Virus record (IMG/VR): IMGVR_UViG_3300035180_002210
Location: 1 to 64,000 of that record
Direction: 5' to 3' (one strand)
From: a virus
Length of the DNA stretch: 64,000 bases
The position numbers were made by a program, and so were the translations under genes. Below are positions 63,082 through 64,000 of the stretch, one piece after another (the first letter of the stretch is position 1; every line of letters begins with the position of its first letter). Below the pieces are notes generated by a model that did not search any database, was not told where the DNA came from, and saw only the letters and a program-made list of their open reading frames with translations.

Positions 63082-64000
63082 GCGCGCCAGCCAGATTTTA
63101 GGAGAAATGATCGCAGACTTTATAGCCGAACAGGATAAAGTTAACTTTTTAGGGATAAATTCAGCAATCCGAGGTTGCTTTGTTGGAATAGCCAATCAAT
63201 TATCCGAGGTCTGGAATGATATTACGCAGACAAAGCGGGATAACCAGATACAGACGGCCAAAGGCGATGACCTTTCGGTAATTGCAGGCTGGGATAATCT
63301 TTCCAAACGAGGCCCGGCCTATTCAAGTGTGCCTTGCATATTCAGCGGGCCCGGCAGCCAGGTAATTTTAGCCGGTACGCAGGTACGCGCTCCGGGGAGT
63401 AATGCAATTTTCAGCACTTTAGAAGATATTACTATCGGACGTAATTACAATCAGTTAGGACACCCGATATTAAGTAATACTTTGGGAGATACGGTACTCT
63501 GTATATCAATTGACACCGGTTCAGCGTCGAAAGTTCAGGCGGGAGAAATTACGGAGCTGGTTACGCCTATTTCGGGAGTGAGTGTTATAAATCTTGTGCC
63601 GAGTACCGGCGGGGCCGACACCGAGACGGACGAAGAATTGCGGGCAAGATCGACGGCAAAAAACGAGCTGCCATCGCAGGGTGTAACGGGTTATTATCTT
63701 GGAATAGCCCAGCAGGCAAATGATAACGTACTCAAAGCATTCCCCAAATTTAATTACGCTGCGGACAGTGTTGATTTATACTTATTGCGCCGAGGGCTGG
63801 GCGGGTTCACGAATGATGAGCTAACCGCGATTGCAGCGTATGTAAACGGCTATAATAAGGGCGGACAGCCGGTACATTGTTATAATTCACCGCAGCAGGG
63901 AATTTCAATATATATAGAGTTGACCAGTAAACAAGGAGTTGATCCGGCGGTTTTATACCGGAACCTGGCTATTTCCATTTCGGATTATATAGACCGGGAA
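63074..64000 (+). CDS. Baseplate J-like wedge protein (partial)
   Basis: ATG 63074; TAKGDDL and TGGADTETDEELRAR; open to the window end. Confidence 0.85.
   Translation, partial: MIKRASQILGEMIADFIAEQDKVNFLGINSAIRGCFVGIANQLSEVWNDITQTKRDNQIQTAKGDDLSVIAGWDNLSKRGPAYSSVPCIFSGPGSQVILAGTQVRAPGSNAIFSTLEDITIGRNYNQLGHPILSNTLGDTVLCISIDTGSASKVQAGEITELVTPISGVSVINLVPSTGGADTETDEELRARSTAKNELPSQGVTGYYLGIAQQANDNVLKAFPKFNYAADSVDLYLLRRGLGGFTNDELTAIAAYVNGYNKGGQPVHCYNSPQQGISIYIELTSKQGVDPAVLYRNLAISISDYIDRE

Larger units (their letters stand above)
1..64000. mobile_element. Temperate myovirus-type phage/prophage (both ends extend beyond the window)
   Basis: Continuous phage gene order: integrase-like gene, repressor, replication, terminase, portal, capsid, lysis, sheath, tube, tape measure, baseplate. 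No host housekeeping genes seen. Confidence 0.95.

Noticed and set aside
1-64000. tRNA/rRNA genes, att sites, introns or inteins, alternative genetic code
   Set aside because: No cloverleaf or rRNA-like stretch recognised; the element's ends are outside the window; terminase and capsid genes are uninterrupted; long ORFs read normally in the standard code.

Overview
The window is about 64 kb of one temperate, contractile-tailed (myovirus-type) phage or prophage. The host is probably in the FCB group, since exported proteins have signal peptides ending in A|Q; this is an inference. From left to right it holds: an immunity/integration region (partial integrase-like ORF, catalytically headless serine-recombinase-like gene, CI repressor flanked by two paralogous exported proteins); an early operon (excisionase-like HTH, 22-aa tandem-repeat protein, SbcD/SbcC, SF2 helicase, replication initiator with internal iterons, several deleted or chimeric genes); packaging and head genes (TerS, TerL, portal, MuF, protease/scaffold, A511/Twort-like major capsid protein); lysis genes; and tail and baseplate genes. 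Three giant polyvalent proteins sit among the structural genes (ParB-like/PBECR-like RNase/HD hydrolase; iPPase/N6-MTase/SNF2; JAB/RelA-SpoT-like). They carry the same K|S/A/G motifs as the scaffold and capsid, so they are probably packaged, cleaved and injected. The most novel signal is antisense transcription units nested inside these effector genes. A sigma70 promoter, structured ~85-nt RNA and terminator follow the RNase domain, and a sigma70 promoter plus 86-aa ORF follow the RelA/SpoT-like domain; both are candidate cis-nested antidotes. A third antisense sRNA in the early operon is complementary to an AGGACAG element found before five start codons. A four-copy late-promoter motif and a 40-bp graft of sbcD into a methyltransferase gene were also found. 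All family assignments come from motif recognition by eye; no searches were run.
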